Made by a program: the position numbers and the translations under genes. Positions 6,363 to 16,466 of a DNA stretch of 64,000 nucleotides are shown piece by piece. The first letter of the stretch is position 1, and every line of letters begins with the position of its first letter. The stretch is from an uncultured Aquimarina sp. (GTDB lineage: Bacteria; Bacteroidota; Bacteroidia; Flavobacteriales; Flavobacteriaceae). Location: contig CANNFM010000024.1 of assembly GCA_947503835.1 (NCBI GenBank), positions 2,787-66,786 on the forward strand, read 5' to 3'. A model generated the notes under the pieces. It was given only the letters and a program-made list of their open reading frames with translations, made no database searches and was not told the DNA's origin.

Positions 6363-8446
6363 TGAAAAATAAAATATCTAAGGCACAAGCGGATAATCGG
6401 TTAGATTACCAGATGCCAGAAAATAATCAAATAGAGTTCGTTACTTATATAAATTCTATCCGAGAGCGTAATCATGCTACTCAACTCATTTTTTATGGAA
6501 GAAATAATAATCAAACAAACTATAACGGATACAGAATAGAAATTAAAGAGATCGAGAAATCGATCCAACGGGTAAATATATATGTGGTAGATTGTTATGT
6601 GTGTATCGATGAAGTTAATAATAATCCAATCTTGATAGCCTATCTTATAGCAAATGAATCTTTTGTAAATGTTACAACATTGGCTATTAAATTAAAAAGA
6701 TATTTGCCTGATTATATGATCCCAACTCATTTTGTGATTATAGATGCAATTTCTTTGCTTCCTAATGGTAGAATTGATATAAAAAAATTACCAAAGCCTA
6801 AGTTTTCGGATATTAAAGAAGTGGTTAAATTGCCTTCAACAGAAGAGGAAAGAAAGATAGCGGCAATTTGGAAAGAATTATTGAAATTAGACGAAGTAGA
6901 TGTTAACGTTAGTTTTTTCGAATTAGGAGGACATTCATTGCTTGCTAATGAATTTATAAATACGGTAAGAAATGAAAAGGGAATAGATTTATCGATACAA
7001 GATTTTTATAAAAATCCAACAATTAAAGGAATTAGTAAATTAGTTCCTTCTTTAAAAAAGAAACCAAATCAAAAGATAGTTGCACCCAACCTTGAGCTTT
7101 ATCCTTTATCGTATTCTCAAGAAGCGATTTGGTCTTTGGATCAACTTGATGCTACTCATCAATTTTGTTATGAATCTAGGGCGATTAAACTAAAAGGCAA
7201 TGTAGATCATTATTTATTAGAAAAAACTTTTTCTAAACTTATAGAAAAACACGAGATTTTAAGAACGGTTTTTGAGTTGATAGAAGGAGAGCCTTTCCAA
7301 AAGATATTACCTCCATATACATTTAGCATTCCGGTTACGAATTATGTAGGATTGAAGAAAAAAGACCAGAAAAAGATAATTATTGATCGTATAGAGAATA
7401 CCAAGAACTCTTCTTTTGACATAGAAAAAACACCTCTTTTTAAAGCAGAGATGCTAAAATTTTCGACAAAAGAAAACGTTCTCATATTTTGTAGCCACAA
7501 TATGATTCTTGATAAGTGGGCTCAAAGAATTTTGTTTAAGGATTTTGTTGATGTTTATAATGAACTAAAGAGGAATCCTAATTTCGAGATTAAAAAACCG
7601 AAAGTTAGTTATAAAGACTATGCGTTTCTGGAAAAAGAAAACCTAAATGAAGCAGCCCTCAATAAACGATTAGATTTTTGGCAAGATAAACTAGAAGGTT
7701 TTTCAAATGAATTGCTGGTTCCTGTAGATAATGTTAGGCCAAAAAAGCAGGTAAAAACAAGAGAGGTTATACCGCATGTTCTATCATTAGAGTTTTCTGA
7801 GAAATTAAGACAGTTCTCTGAAATGCAGAACGTTTCCTTATTTATCACAATGATTTCGGCTTTTAAAATAATGTTGAGTAAGTATAGTAACCAAACAGAC
7901 ATTTGTGTGGGGACTTCATTAATAAATACGTTCTATCAAGGGTATCAAGAAGTTTTGGGAGCTACCGTAAATACTATTCCATTAAGAGATCGTCTTAATT
8001 ATGATCATAGCTTGTTAGAGGTTTTGGATCATGTTAAAAAAACTTGTTTAGATGCATATGCATGTGGTGATACTCCTTTTGAAAAAATTGTAGGTCGAGT
8101 ATGCCCAGAAAGAAATTTCAATCCTCAAGCATTATTTAGATATATGTTTAGTTTTATTGATTTTCCAATAAAAAATATGTCATTATTAGATGCCGAAATC
8201 GAGATAATAAAAGGATATTGTGACCTTTCTACGTTTGACATCAATGTAGTTGTAAACACAACACAAGAACAAGCTGATTTTTCTTTAGTAAATCAAACAG
8301 ATAGAAGAATTTCTTTAGAATGGCAATATAATTCTGATATTTTTAAAGCTACTACAATGGAGTATATATTATCTATGTATTTAATAACATTAAACGAGCT
8401 GATCACCAATCCCAACCAATCTCTTGGTACTACTTCTGTGATTTAA
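6359..8446 (+). CDS. Atypical NRPS protein: relic adenylation C-terminal subdomain - T (PCP) - C domain with degenerate active-site motif
   Basis: Only A8-A10-like motifs are present: YGRNNNQTNYNGYRIEIKEIE, LPDYMIP, and NGRIDIKKLP, where the A10 Lys is replaced by Arg. There is no A1-A7 core. The T domain is FFELGGHSLLA (about 6919-6948). A full-length C fold follows, with SHNMILDKW (7493-7519) in place of HHxxxDG. The track start at 6359 is GTG. The ATG at 6362 shares its A with the upstream TGA and is the likelier start. Confidence 0.85.
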   Translation: MMKNKISKAQADNRLDYQMPENNQIEFVTYINSIRERNHATQLIFYGRNNNQTNYNGYRIEIKEIEKSIQRVNIYVVDCYVCIDEVNNNPILIAYLIANESFVNVTTLAIKLKRYLPDYMIPTHFVIIDAISLLPNGRIDIKKLPKPKFSDIKEVVKLPSTEEERKIAAIWKELLKLDEVDVNVSFFELGGHSLLANEFINTVRNEKGIDLSIQDFYKNPTIKGISKLVPSLKKKPNQKIVAPNLELYPLSYSQEAIWSLDQLDATHQFCYESRAIKLKGNVDHYLLEKTFSKLIEKHEILRTVFELIEGEPFQKILPPYTFSIPVTNYVGLKKKDQKKIIIDRIENTKNSSFDIEKTPLFKAEMLKFSTKENVLIFCSHNMILDKWAQRILFKDFVDVYNELKRNPNFEIKKPKVSYKDYAFLEKENLNEAALNKRLDFWQDKLEGFSNELLVPVDNVRPKKQVKTREVIPHVLSLEFSEKLRQFSEMQNVSLFITMISAFKIMLSKYSNQTDICVGTSLINTFYQGYQEVLGATVNTIPLRDRLNYDHSLLEVLDHVKKTCLDAYACGDTPFEKIVGRVCPERNFNPQALFRYMFSFIDFPIKNMSLLDAEIEIIKGYCDLSTFDINVVVNTTQEQADFSLVNQTDRRISLEWQYNSDIFKATTMEYILSMYLITLNELITNPNQSLGTTSVI

Positions 8447-8633
8447 AGAGAAATTTCTGATTACACAGGAGGACTTCGTATCTCTAGCTAAGTTTATCAC
8501 AATATTACAAGTAACTACAATTTTTTCTTAGCCCACAGGGGTTGAGAAATCATCAAGGATTTATCATGAGTTTTTGAGAAATGAAAATTGTAAATTTTTA
8601 TAATTCCATCATCCATTAAATATTTTATATATA

Positions 8634-10300
8634 ATGAATTCTTTAAAAAAATATAAGACACTTTCTCAAGTGCTCGAATTTAGGAAAAACTCAACCAAGG
8701 GGATAACTTTTATCGAAGGTGGTGAGAAAGAAATTTTTCTTTCTTATAATGAGCTATACCATAAAGCTGTAACAAAATTGTCTTATCTGCAAAAGAAAGG
8801 AATAAAACCCCAAAATGAATTGGTGTTTCAAATTAATGATAATGAGACATTTATTATTCTTTTTTGGGCTTGTATTCTTGGAGGTATAATTCCTGTGCCG
8901 TTAAGTATTGGAAGAAATTCAGAACATAAACAGAAACTCTTCAATATTTGGCCAATATTAAATAACCCTTATTTAGCAATTTCAAAAGACGAAATTGGCA
9001 AACTTAAGAATTATGATGACAAGGATAAGTTGGCTGAGATAGAGGAAAAGATTATTGATTTTGAAGGTAAACTTAGCGGAAATAATACTGCAACAATATA
9101 TGAAGCACAAAAAGATGATATTGCTTTCATTCAATTTTCTTCGGGATCTACTGGAAACCCAAAAGGTGTAGTTTTAACTCATGAGAATTTGTTAACAAAT
9201 ATATTGGATATTAGTACGGCTTCAAGTTATGCCGAGGAAGATTCAATGATTAGCTGGATGCCACTCACTCATGATATGGGGCTTATAGGTTTTCATTTGA
9301 ACCCTTTGTTTATAGGAATGAATCATTATTTGATGCCTACGGATCTTTTTGTAAGAAGACCGTCTATATGGTTAGATAAAGCAAGTGAACACCAAATAAG
9401 TATTTTATGTTCTCCTAATTTTGGGTATAAATATATTTTAAAACATTGTAATGTTGACAGTTCAGAACAGTGGGATTTAAGTGCTGTTCGATTAATTTAC
9501 AATGGGGCAGAACCTATTTCAGAGACAATAAGTAATCAATTTTTAGAAAGTCTATCTAAATATGGATTAAAAAAATCTGCAATGTGTCCGGTTTATGGTT
9601 TAGCCGAAGCAAGTTTGGCGGTTACCATATCTAACCTTGAAGATACTGTTGTATCCTTTAATTTTGATAGAGATCAATTAAATACAGGAGATAAAGTTCG
9701 AATAACATCCAGGGAGGAAAATAATTCAGTGTCATTTGTTAAAGTAGGAAAACCGATTAATCATTGTTCGTTAAGAATTACAGATGAAAAAAATGAATTG
9801 GTTAAAGAAGAAGTAATAGGACACATTCAAATTAAAGGGGATAATGTTACATCTGGGTATTATAACAATCCTGAAGCTACTAGAAATGCTGTCATAGAAG
9901 ATGGCTGGGTTAAGACAGGAGATTTAGGTTTTATCAAAGATGAAGAACTATACGTAACAGGAAGATTAAAAGATATTATTTTTAGCAATGGGCAAAATTA
10001 CTATCCTCATGATATAGAACGTATAGCCGAAAAAGTAGATGAGATTGAACTTAATAAGGTTGCTTTTGGCGGTTTTTTTAATGGCAATACTCAAAAAGAA
10101 GAAATTATCGCTTTTGTATTTCATAGAGGAAGCTTAGATAAGTTTATCCCAATCGTAACAGCATTAAAAGAAGTGGTACATACAGAAATTGGGCTAGATA
10201 TAAATAGTGTAGTACCTGTAAAAAACATGCCGAAGACCACAAGCGGAAAGTTACAGCGCTTTAAGTTATTATCCGATTATAGAAATGGGGCTTTTGATGA
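8634..10300 (+). other. Fatty acyl-AMP ligase (FAAL) loading domain
   Basis: The motifs FSSGSTGNPKGVVLTHENLLTN and SWMPLTHDMGLIGFHLNPLFIG are FAAL-type rather than amino-acid A-domain type. An ACP follows directly. Boundaries are approximate. Confidence 0.8.
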
Positions 10301-13300
10301 AGTAAATGAAAAAGTGAAATCTTTAATTCTTGAAAAGAATTTCGACAATATAGTAGTACCTGCTAATGAGAAAGAGCATAAACTACTTACTATTTGGAAA
10401 AATGTTCTGGACTTCGAAAATATCAGTGTAGAAAAAAGCTTTTTTGAACTCGGAGGTAACTCATTAAAAGCCGCCGAAATGATGATGGCTTTGGTTAAAG
10501 AATTTCAAGTAGAAATCACACCTGATATACTCTATAAATATCAAACTATAAGAGGTTTAGCTTCAGTGTTAACTAAATTAAAACCCAAAACATATAATGC
10601 AATACCTAAGTCGGAGACTTCAAATTTTTATCCTGTTTCTAGTGCACAAAAAAGACTATACTATGCCTGGAAAATGGATAAAAGAAGTGTAGCATATAAT
10701 ACTCCTACTGCATTTAAAGTACAAGGAAGAATAAGCACTGAAAAATTAAGAAAGGTAATCAATGAATTAGTGAATAGACACGACGCCTTACGAATGGTGT
10801 TTGATGAGATGCCGAATCCTGTTTTTAGCACTGATGAAATAAATGAAGTGCCTATTTCAATTAAGAATTGTGAGCATCATACTATTCAAAACGAGCTTCG
10901 TAGACTCGTTGTGCCTTTTGATCTTACTACAGGACCATTATTTAGAATCACTGTTCTAAATATTGAAAATAAAGAGGCTATTCTGTTTTTAGATTTTCAT
11001 CATATTATTTCTGATGGAGTATCGATTCATCATTTTGTAAAAGAAATGATAACGCTATATGAAGGTAAGACATTAGAACCATTGACTATTGGTTATGGTG
11101 ATTATAGTAATTGGGAAAAAAACTATTATGATGAAGAAACTTTATCTTCACATCAATCGTATTGGTTAGACCAATTAAGAGGAGATTTACCAGAATTAAA
11201 GATAGAACCAGATTATCCAAGACCACCAATTTTTACTCCTAAAGGTGAAAAGATAGAGTTTGAATTCGATACTACTACAACTGCAAGATTAAAAACACTT
11301 GCTAATGAACAAGGGTGTACTTTACATGTGTTGATGTTTACCATGTACCATATGTTGATTGCCAAATACTCAGGAGCAAACGAAACAATAATAGGAATAC
11401 CAGTTGCAGGACGTAAACATCCAGATGTGCAATCCATGCAAGGAATGTTCGTTAACAACCTTCCGATAAGAAACACAATAAAAGGAGAACAAACAGTACG
11501 TGAAATCTTAAGAGATGTTGATGAACGTATTTCTAATGGGTTATTACATCAAGATTTTCCTTTTGATGAAATGATTACTGCAATTGCAAATACAAAGAAC
11601 ACCAGTAGAAACCCAATTTTCGATACGATGTTCGTTTATCAAAATATGGGAACCACAACACTTATTGGTCAAGATTTTACCTTGTCGAGATACTTTTTTG
11701 ATCCTGGCTATTCTAAGTTCGATATCTCCATAGAAGTTTTTGAAAATGACAAATCTCTTAAATATGGAATAGAATATAATACTACATTGTTTAAAAGAGA
11801 TATGATCCTAAATCTTCAAACATGTTTTGAAAATTTAGTAACTGAAATACTAAACGATCCAGATATTCCCTATGCAACATTATCATTACTAGACACTAAG
11901 GAAACCGATAGGTTTACTTATTTGTTTAATAATGATATTAAAACATATCCTAAAGAAAAAAGTGTATATCATCTGTTTGAAGAACAAGTACAAAGAGTAC
12001 CGAAATCGATAGCGTTAGAATTTGGTTCCCAAACGATGACATATGAAGAATTGAATGCTAAAGTTAACCACTTTGCTTTAGTACTAAAAGGAGAAGGAGT
12101 AGAGACTCAAGATGTTGTAAGTGTCTTGTTGCCAAGATCTTTTGAACTGGTGATCTCTATTCTGGGTGTAATGAAAATAGGAGGTGTATATGTTCCTTTA
12201 GATGCTGACCTACCCGAAGATCGTATTTGTTATATTTTAGAGCATAGTCAGTGTAAATATCTTATTACCAATTCTAACATGGAGTTAAAGGTTAACTCTG
12301 ATGATGAGGCTATATTTCCAGCATGTATTACCATAGATGATATCACATCGTCTAATGAGATTCTAAATACCAATATCGAATTTAAATACAGTTCTCAAAG
12401 TCCGGCATATATTTTATATACTTCCGGTACAACAGGTAAACCTAAAGGAGTTGTTGTTACAAATTCTTCTCTAACAAATTATACATGTTGGGCGGCAGAA
12501 ACATACATTAAAGAGAAATCAGCAAAATTTCCTTTATATACATCAATTTCATTTGATTTAACCGTAACCTCTATTTTTACTCCTTTAATTACTGGAAATA
12601 CAATTGTTATTTATGAAGAGGAACAGCAAGAAGTGTTGATAGAAAAAGTACTTAATGATGGTGTTGCAAACGTTGTGAAATTAACCCCATCACATCTAAA
12701 AATCATTCGAGATTTAAATATACAAGAAACACATTCAATTAAAAGATTTATAATAGGAGGTGAGGAGCTTGAAACCTCTCTGGCAAAAGATATTTACAAT
12801 CAATTTGGCGAAGATATAGAGCTATATAATGAATACGGTCCAACAGAAGCAACTGTAGGGTGCATGATATATAAGTTTGAACCAACAGATGATTTTAGAA
12901 CCGTTCCAATTGGGGTTCCTATAAAAAACACCCAAATCTATTTACTAGACGAATTCTTAAAACCTGTACCAGTCGGTGTACGAGGTGACTTATATATTTC
13001 GGGAGATGGGCTTGCACAAGGATATTTTAATAATGCCGCACTCACTAATGAGAAATTTATAGAAAATCCATTTGTAGAGGGGCAAAAAATGTATCAATCG
13101 GGAGATATTGCAGTAAGACGTTCTAATGGATTATTAGAGTATATCGGTAGATCAGACCAACAGATTAAAATTAATGGTTATAGAATTGAAATTCCTGAAA
13201 TCGAAAATTGTTTATTAGATCATTCAGGTATTAAACAAGCAATAGTCATATGTACTGATGCATCGGGAGAAAAATCATTACATGCCTATTATAGAAGCAT

Positions 13301-15092
13301 TGAAAATCAAAAAATCGATTATTCTGATTTGATAAGCTTTTTGGCAAACCGTCTGCCTTACTATATGATTCCAAGGTCATATACTTATGTAGAAAAAATG
13401 CCTTTAACCAAAAATGGTAAAATTGATCACAATGCATTACCTGAACCAGAGTTTCGAAGTGATAAAGCAGAAACAAGCTTTTCTGAAAATAGTATAGAGC
13501 AGACAATAGTAGAAGTGTGGCAAGAAATATTTGGAACTGAAAACATATCCATTAACGACAATTTCTTCGAAATGGGAGGAGACTCGATCAAGGCTGTTCA
13601 GATTTCTTCTAAATTAAACATGAATGGTATTACACTTGATGTAAAGGATATATTAACGTATCAAACCATCGCAATTACGGCACCTTATGCTAAAATTAAT
13701 CTTGAAAATGAAAAGTATGACCAGGGATTTGTCGAAGGGCTTAAAGCTTTAAACCCTATTGAAAGCTGGTTTATAAATCAAAAACTGCCAAACCCTAACT
13801 ATTATAATCAATCCGTTTTATTAAACTTCAATAAGCCAATAAATAATAAAGTCTTAAAACAAGCTTTCATGAGGTTGATTAACCATCATGATGGCTTAAG
13901 AATAAACTATAAACAAAATGAAAATAAGATATGGTTTAATGAAGCATACATAAATTATCCATTCAAAATTGAAAAATACAATATTAAAGTTGATGATGAA
14001 TTATTCGAAGTATGTACAAATATTAAAAACAGTATGGATATTGAAAATAGTTTGTTAATTAAAGCGGCTATTATTACATATCCAGATTCTTCTGAACAAT
14101 TATTTATTACAGCACATCATTTGGTTGTTGATGGAATTTCTTGGAGGATTCTACTTGATGATTTAAAGACAATTTATCAGTCGTTATTGTCAGATAATGA
14201 ACCCGTACTTCCAATGAAGACCATGTCTGTTAAAGAGTGGCAAACTTCACTTACAAGTTTAGTAGAGGAAACTAATTTTACAGCAAATGAAGTAGAGTAC
14301 TGGAAAAGTATAGAAGAAGAAGATTTTCAGTTGCCATATGATACAGAAACAAATGATTGGCGTTTTATAAACTCCAGACAAATAACGGTCAATCTTGATA
14401 AAGATCAAACAGCACACTTGTTGAAGAAAGCACATCGGTCCTATAAAACCAATATTGTTACATTATTAAGTACTGCACTCTCATTGGCACTTCAAGAATG
14501 GTTAAATAAAGAAGAGTTCGTTATTCAATTTGAAAATCACGGGAGACACATAGAGGATGTTGATGTTTCTAGAACAAGTGGATGGTTTACTGCGATGTAC
14601 CCAGTAAAACTTACCTTAATACAAGGACCAATAGATGATCAAATAAAAAGCATTAAAGAACAACTAGTGAGTGTTCCAAATAATGGACTAGGATACGGTA
14701 TTTCTAAATATATGAGAGATACAAAATTAGCTGATAATGACAAACTTTCAGAATTACGATTTAATTATCTAGGGCAATTTGATCAGGAGCTTACTAACGA
14801 TTTATTTGAATTCTCACAAGTATTTCATGGCAGTGAAGTCGGTCTTGAGAATATATTGACGACCAAGCTTGAGATTAATGCCATGGTTGTTCAAGAAAAG
14901 TTACAGATTTCTGCTAACTATAACAGTAAGTTTCATAAAAACGAAACTATATCGAGATTTTTGGAATCCTTCTTAATGAAATTATCTCTTATTATTGATC
15001 ATACCAAAAATCAAAAAGATATCCATTTCACTCCTTCTGATTTTGAAGCAATCAATTTAGAACAAGAAGAAATAGACTCACTATTCTCTTAA
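8634..15092 (+). CDS. Lipoinitiation NRPS: FAAL - ACP - C - A(Asn-type code) - T - E
   Basis: FAAL motifs: FIQFSSGSTGNPKGVVLTHENLL and SWMPLTHDMGLIG. ACP: FFELGGNSLKA (about 10441). C: FHHIISDGVS (about 10995). A: YTSGTTGKPKGV, NEYGPTEATVGC, LPYYMIP, NGKIDHNAL. By-eye specificity residues are D-L-T-K-I-G-E-V-G-K. T: FFEMGGDSIKAVQ (about 13563). E: AHHLVVDGISWRIL, ENHGRH, FNYLGQFD. Confidence 0.95.
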   Translation: MNSLKKYKTLSQVLEFRKNSTKGITFIEGGEKEIFLSYNELYHKAVTKLSYLQKKGIKPQNELVFQINDNETFIILFWACILGGIIPVPLSIGRNSEHKQKLFNIWPILNNPYLAISKDEIGKLKNYDDKDKLAEIEEKIIDFEGKLSGNNTATIYEAQKDDIAFIQFSSGSTGNPKGVVLTHENLLTNILDISTASSYAEEDSMISWMPLTHDMGLIGFHLNPLFIGMNHYLMPTDLFVRRPSIWLDKASEHQISILCSPNFGYKYILKHCNVDSSEQWDLSAVRLIYNGAEPISETISNQFLESLSKYGLKKSAMCPVYGLAEASLAVTISNLEDTVVSFNFDRDQLNTGDKVRITSREENNSVSFVKVGKPINHCSLRITDEKNELVKEEVIGHIQIKGDNVTSGYYNNPEATRNAVIEDGWVKTGDLGFIKDEELYVTGRLKDIIFSNGQNYYPHDIERIAEKVDEIELNKVAFGGFFNGNTQKEEIIAFVFHRGSLDKFIPIVTALKEVVHTEIGLDINSVVPVKNMPKTTSGKLQRFKLLSDYRNGAFDEVNEKVKSLILEKNFDNIVVPANEKEHKLLTIWKNVLDFENISVEKSFFELGGNSLKAAEMMMALVKEFQVEITPDILYKYQTIRGLASVLTKLKPKTYNAIPKSETSNFYPVSSAQKRLYYAWKMDKRSVAYNTPTAFKVQGRISTEKLRKVINELVNRHDALRMVFDEMPNPVFSTDEINEVPISIKNCEHHTIQNELRRLVVPFDLTTGPLFRITVLNIENKEAILFLDFHHIISDGVSIHHFVKEMITLYEGKTLEPLTIGYGDYSNWEKNYYDEETLSSHQSYWLDQLRGDLPELKIEPDYPRPPIFTPKGEKIEFEFDTTTTARLKTLANEQGCTLHVLMFTMYHMLIAKYSGANETIIGIPVAGRKHPDVQSMQGMFVNNLPIRNTIKGEQTVREILRDVDERISNGLLHQDFPFDEMITAIANTKNTSRNPIFDTMFVYQNMGTTTLIGQDFTLSRYFFDPGYSKFDISIEVFENDKSLKYGIEYNTTLFKRDMILNLQTCFENLVTEILNDPDIPYATLSLLDTKETDRFTYLFNNDIKTYPKEKSVYHLFEEQVQRVPKSIALEFGSQTMTYEELNAKVNHFALVLKGEGVETQDVVSVLLPRSFELVISILGVMKIGGVYVPLDADLPEDRICYILEHSQCKYLITNSNMELKVNSDDEAIFPACITIDDITSSNEILNTNIEFKYSSQSPAYILYTSGTTGKPKGVVVTNSSLTNYTCWAAETYIKEKSAKFPLYTSISFDLTVTSIFTPLITGNTIVIYEEEQQEVLIEKVLNDGVANVVKLTPSHLKIIRDLNIQETHSIKRFIIGGEELETSLAKDIYNQFGEDIELYNEYGPTEATVGCMIYKFEPTDDFRTVPIGVPIKNTQIYLLDEFLKPVPVGVRGDLYISGDGLAQGYFNNAALTNEKFIENPFVEGQKMYQSGDIAVRRSNGLLEYIGRSDQQIKINGYRIEIPEIENCLLDHSGIKQAIVICTDASGEKSLHAYYRSIENQKIDYSDLISFLANRLPYYMIPRSYTYVEKMPLTKNGKIDHNALPEPEFRSDKAETSFSENSIEQTIVEVWQEIFGTENISINDNFFEMGGDSIKAVQISSKLNMNGITLDVKDILTYQTIAITAPYAKINLENEKYDQGFVEGLKALNPIESWFINQKLPNPNYYNQSVLLNFNKPINNKVLKQAFMRLINHHDGLRINYKQNENKIWFNEAYINYPFKIEKYNIKVDDELFEVCTNIKNSMDIENSLLIKAAIITYPDSSEQLFITAHHLVVDGISWRILLDDLKTIYQSLLSDNEPVLPMKTMSVKEWQTSLTSLVEETNFTANEVEYWKSIEEEDFQLPYDTETNDWRFINSRQITVNLDKDQTAHLLKKAHRSYKTNIVTLLSTALSLALQEWLNKEEFVIQFENHGRHIEDVDVSRTSGWFTAMYPVKLTLIQGPIDDQIKSIKEQLVSVPNNGLGYGISKYMRDTKLADNDKLSELRFNYLGQFDQELTNDLFEFSQVFHGSEVGLENILTTKLEINAMVVQEKLQISANYNSKFHKNETISRFLESFLMKLSLIIDHTKNQKDIHFTPSDFEAINLEQEEIDSLFS

Positions 15093-15143
15093 ATAGTACT
15101 TATAAAACACTCATTTTACAATTATTAAATAAAAAACAATGAT

Positions 15144-16130
15144 ATGAAATCACATGATATACAAATAATTTCGGGTAAAAAAATGTTGCTTCAAATCGAT
15201 GATAACAAGGTTAATATTTTTGATTGGCTACATCAATATAAAGAAGATATAGAAGATTTTATTTCTGTTAATGGAGCACTATTAATTCGTGGCTTGGGGG
15301 TTTCTAATGATAAAGAATTTGGAGAAGCTTTAGAATTAGTATTTGGAGAAGAATTAGCAAATTATACATACAGATCTACTCCAAGAAGAGAAGTAAATCA
15401 AAGTAAAGTGTATACAGCAACAGAATATCATGCTTCTGAGGTAATTCCTCAACATAACGAAAATGCGTATTCGAATTCTTGGCCAATGAGAATAGGATTT
15501 ACCTGTTTGGTTCCTGCTGATAAAATGGGGAATACTCCAATTTCGGATAGTAGAGAAGCATACCAAAAAATTCCTATTGAAATAAGAGAAGAATTCGAAA
15601 GAAAGAACATCAAGTATGTTAGAAACTATTCAGATATAGATTTGCCATGGGAAGAAGTATTTCAAACCACTAGCAAGACAGAGGTAGAGCAATATTGTAA
15701 TGAAAACAATCTAACATTTGAATGGACAGATAATGGATTGAGAACTAGTCAGGTAAATCAAGCTACGATCATGCATCCAACTACAAAAGAGATGTTGTGG
15801 TTTAACCAAGCTCATTTGTTTCACTCTAGTAACTTAGATTCAGAAATTAGAGAAGGATTAATAGAGTTGTTTGGTGAAGATAATTTACCACGTAATTCGT
15901 TCTTTGGTGATGGTACCCCAATTGACGAAGAAGCACTTTCGATCATAAGAAAAGTGTTTGAGGATACTAAATTTTCTTTTCAATGGAGTAAAGGAGACTT
16001 ACTTCTTCTAGACAATATGTTATATACGCACGGAAGAGAACCTTATGAAGGAAACAGAAAAATCCTTGTAGGAATGGCTAAAAAATATAGCTCTCAAATG
16101 CGTCGTAGTAGAGTATCTACAGATTTATAA
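15144..16130 (+). CDS. TauD/TfdA-family Fe(II)/2-oxoglutarate dioxygenase (SyrP/AsnO-like amino-acid beta-hydroxylase candidate)
   Basis: 328-aa ORF. It has an H-x-E facial-triad candidate (QHNENAY), a distal His (LYTHGREPY) and the typical ~330-aa size of NRPS-associated hydroxylases. It is embedded between NRPS genes. Confidence 0.75.
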   Translation: MKSHDIQIISGKKMLLQIDDNKVNIFDWLHQYKEDIEDFISVNGALLIRGLGVSNDKEFGEALELVFGEELANYTYRSTPRREVNQSKVYTATEYHASEVIPQHNENAYSNSWPMRIGFTCLVPADKMGNTPISDSREAYQKIPIEIREEFERKNIKYVRNYSDIDLPWEEVFQTTSKTEVEQYCNENNLTFEWTDNGLRTSQVNQATIMHPTTKEMLWFNQAHLFHSSNLDSEIREGLIELFGEDNLPRNSFFGDGTPIDEEALSIIRKVFEDTKFSFQWSKGDLLLLDNMLYTHGREPYEGNRKILVGMAKKYSSQMRRSRVSTDL

Positions 16131-16466
16131 TTCTCTATCTTGATTTACGATATATTCAATAATATTTGTAAAGTATTATTTGAATAAAATTACCACTATA
16201 GCGCTTCATGATTACTTAGAAAATCATTAATATTTATGTTTGTTTTTTTGGACAATTCATCAAAAAATTAAGCAAATATAATAACTCACATAAAGAATAA
16301 TAGATGTGGGTAGAATTCACTTCAATACATAGAAAGAGTACATCTGTATTCTGCTGTAAACTGTTTAATGTATTAATAACAATTGCGAATTATCAAGGGA
16401 AGATAATGACGTAGTTATGCTTTAGAATCTCTCTTTTAGAAAGTAAAAACTGATAAAATTTTAATA

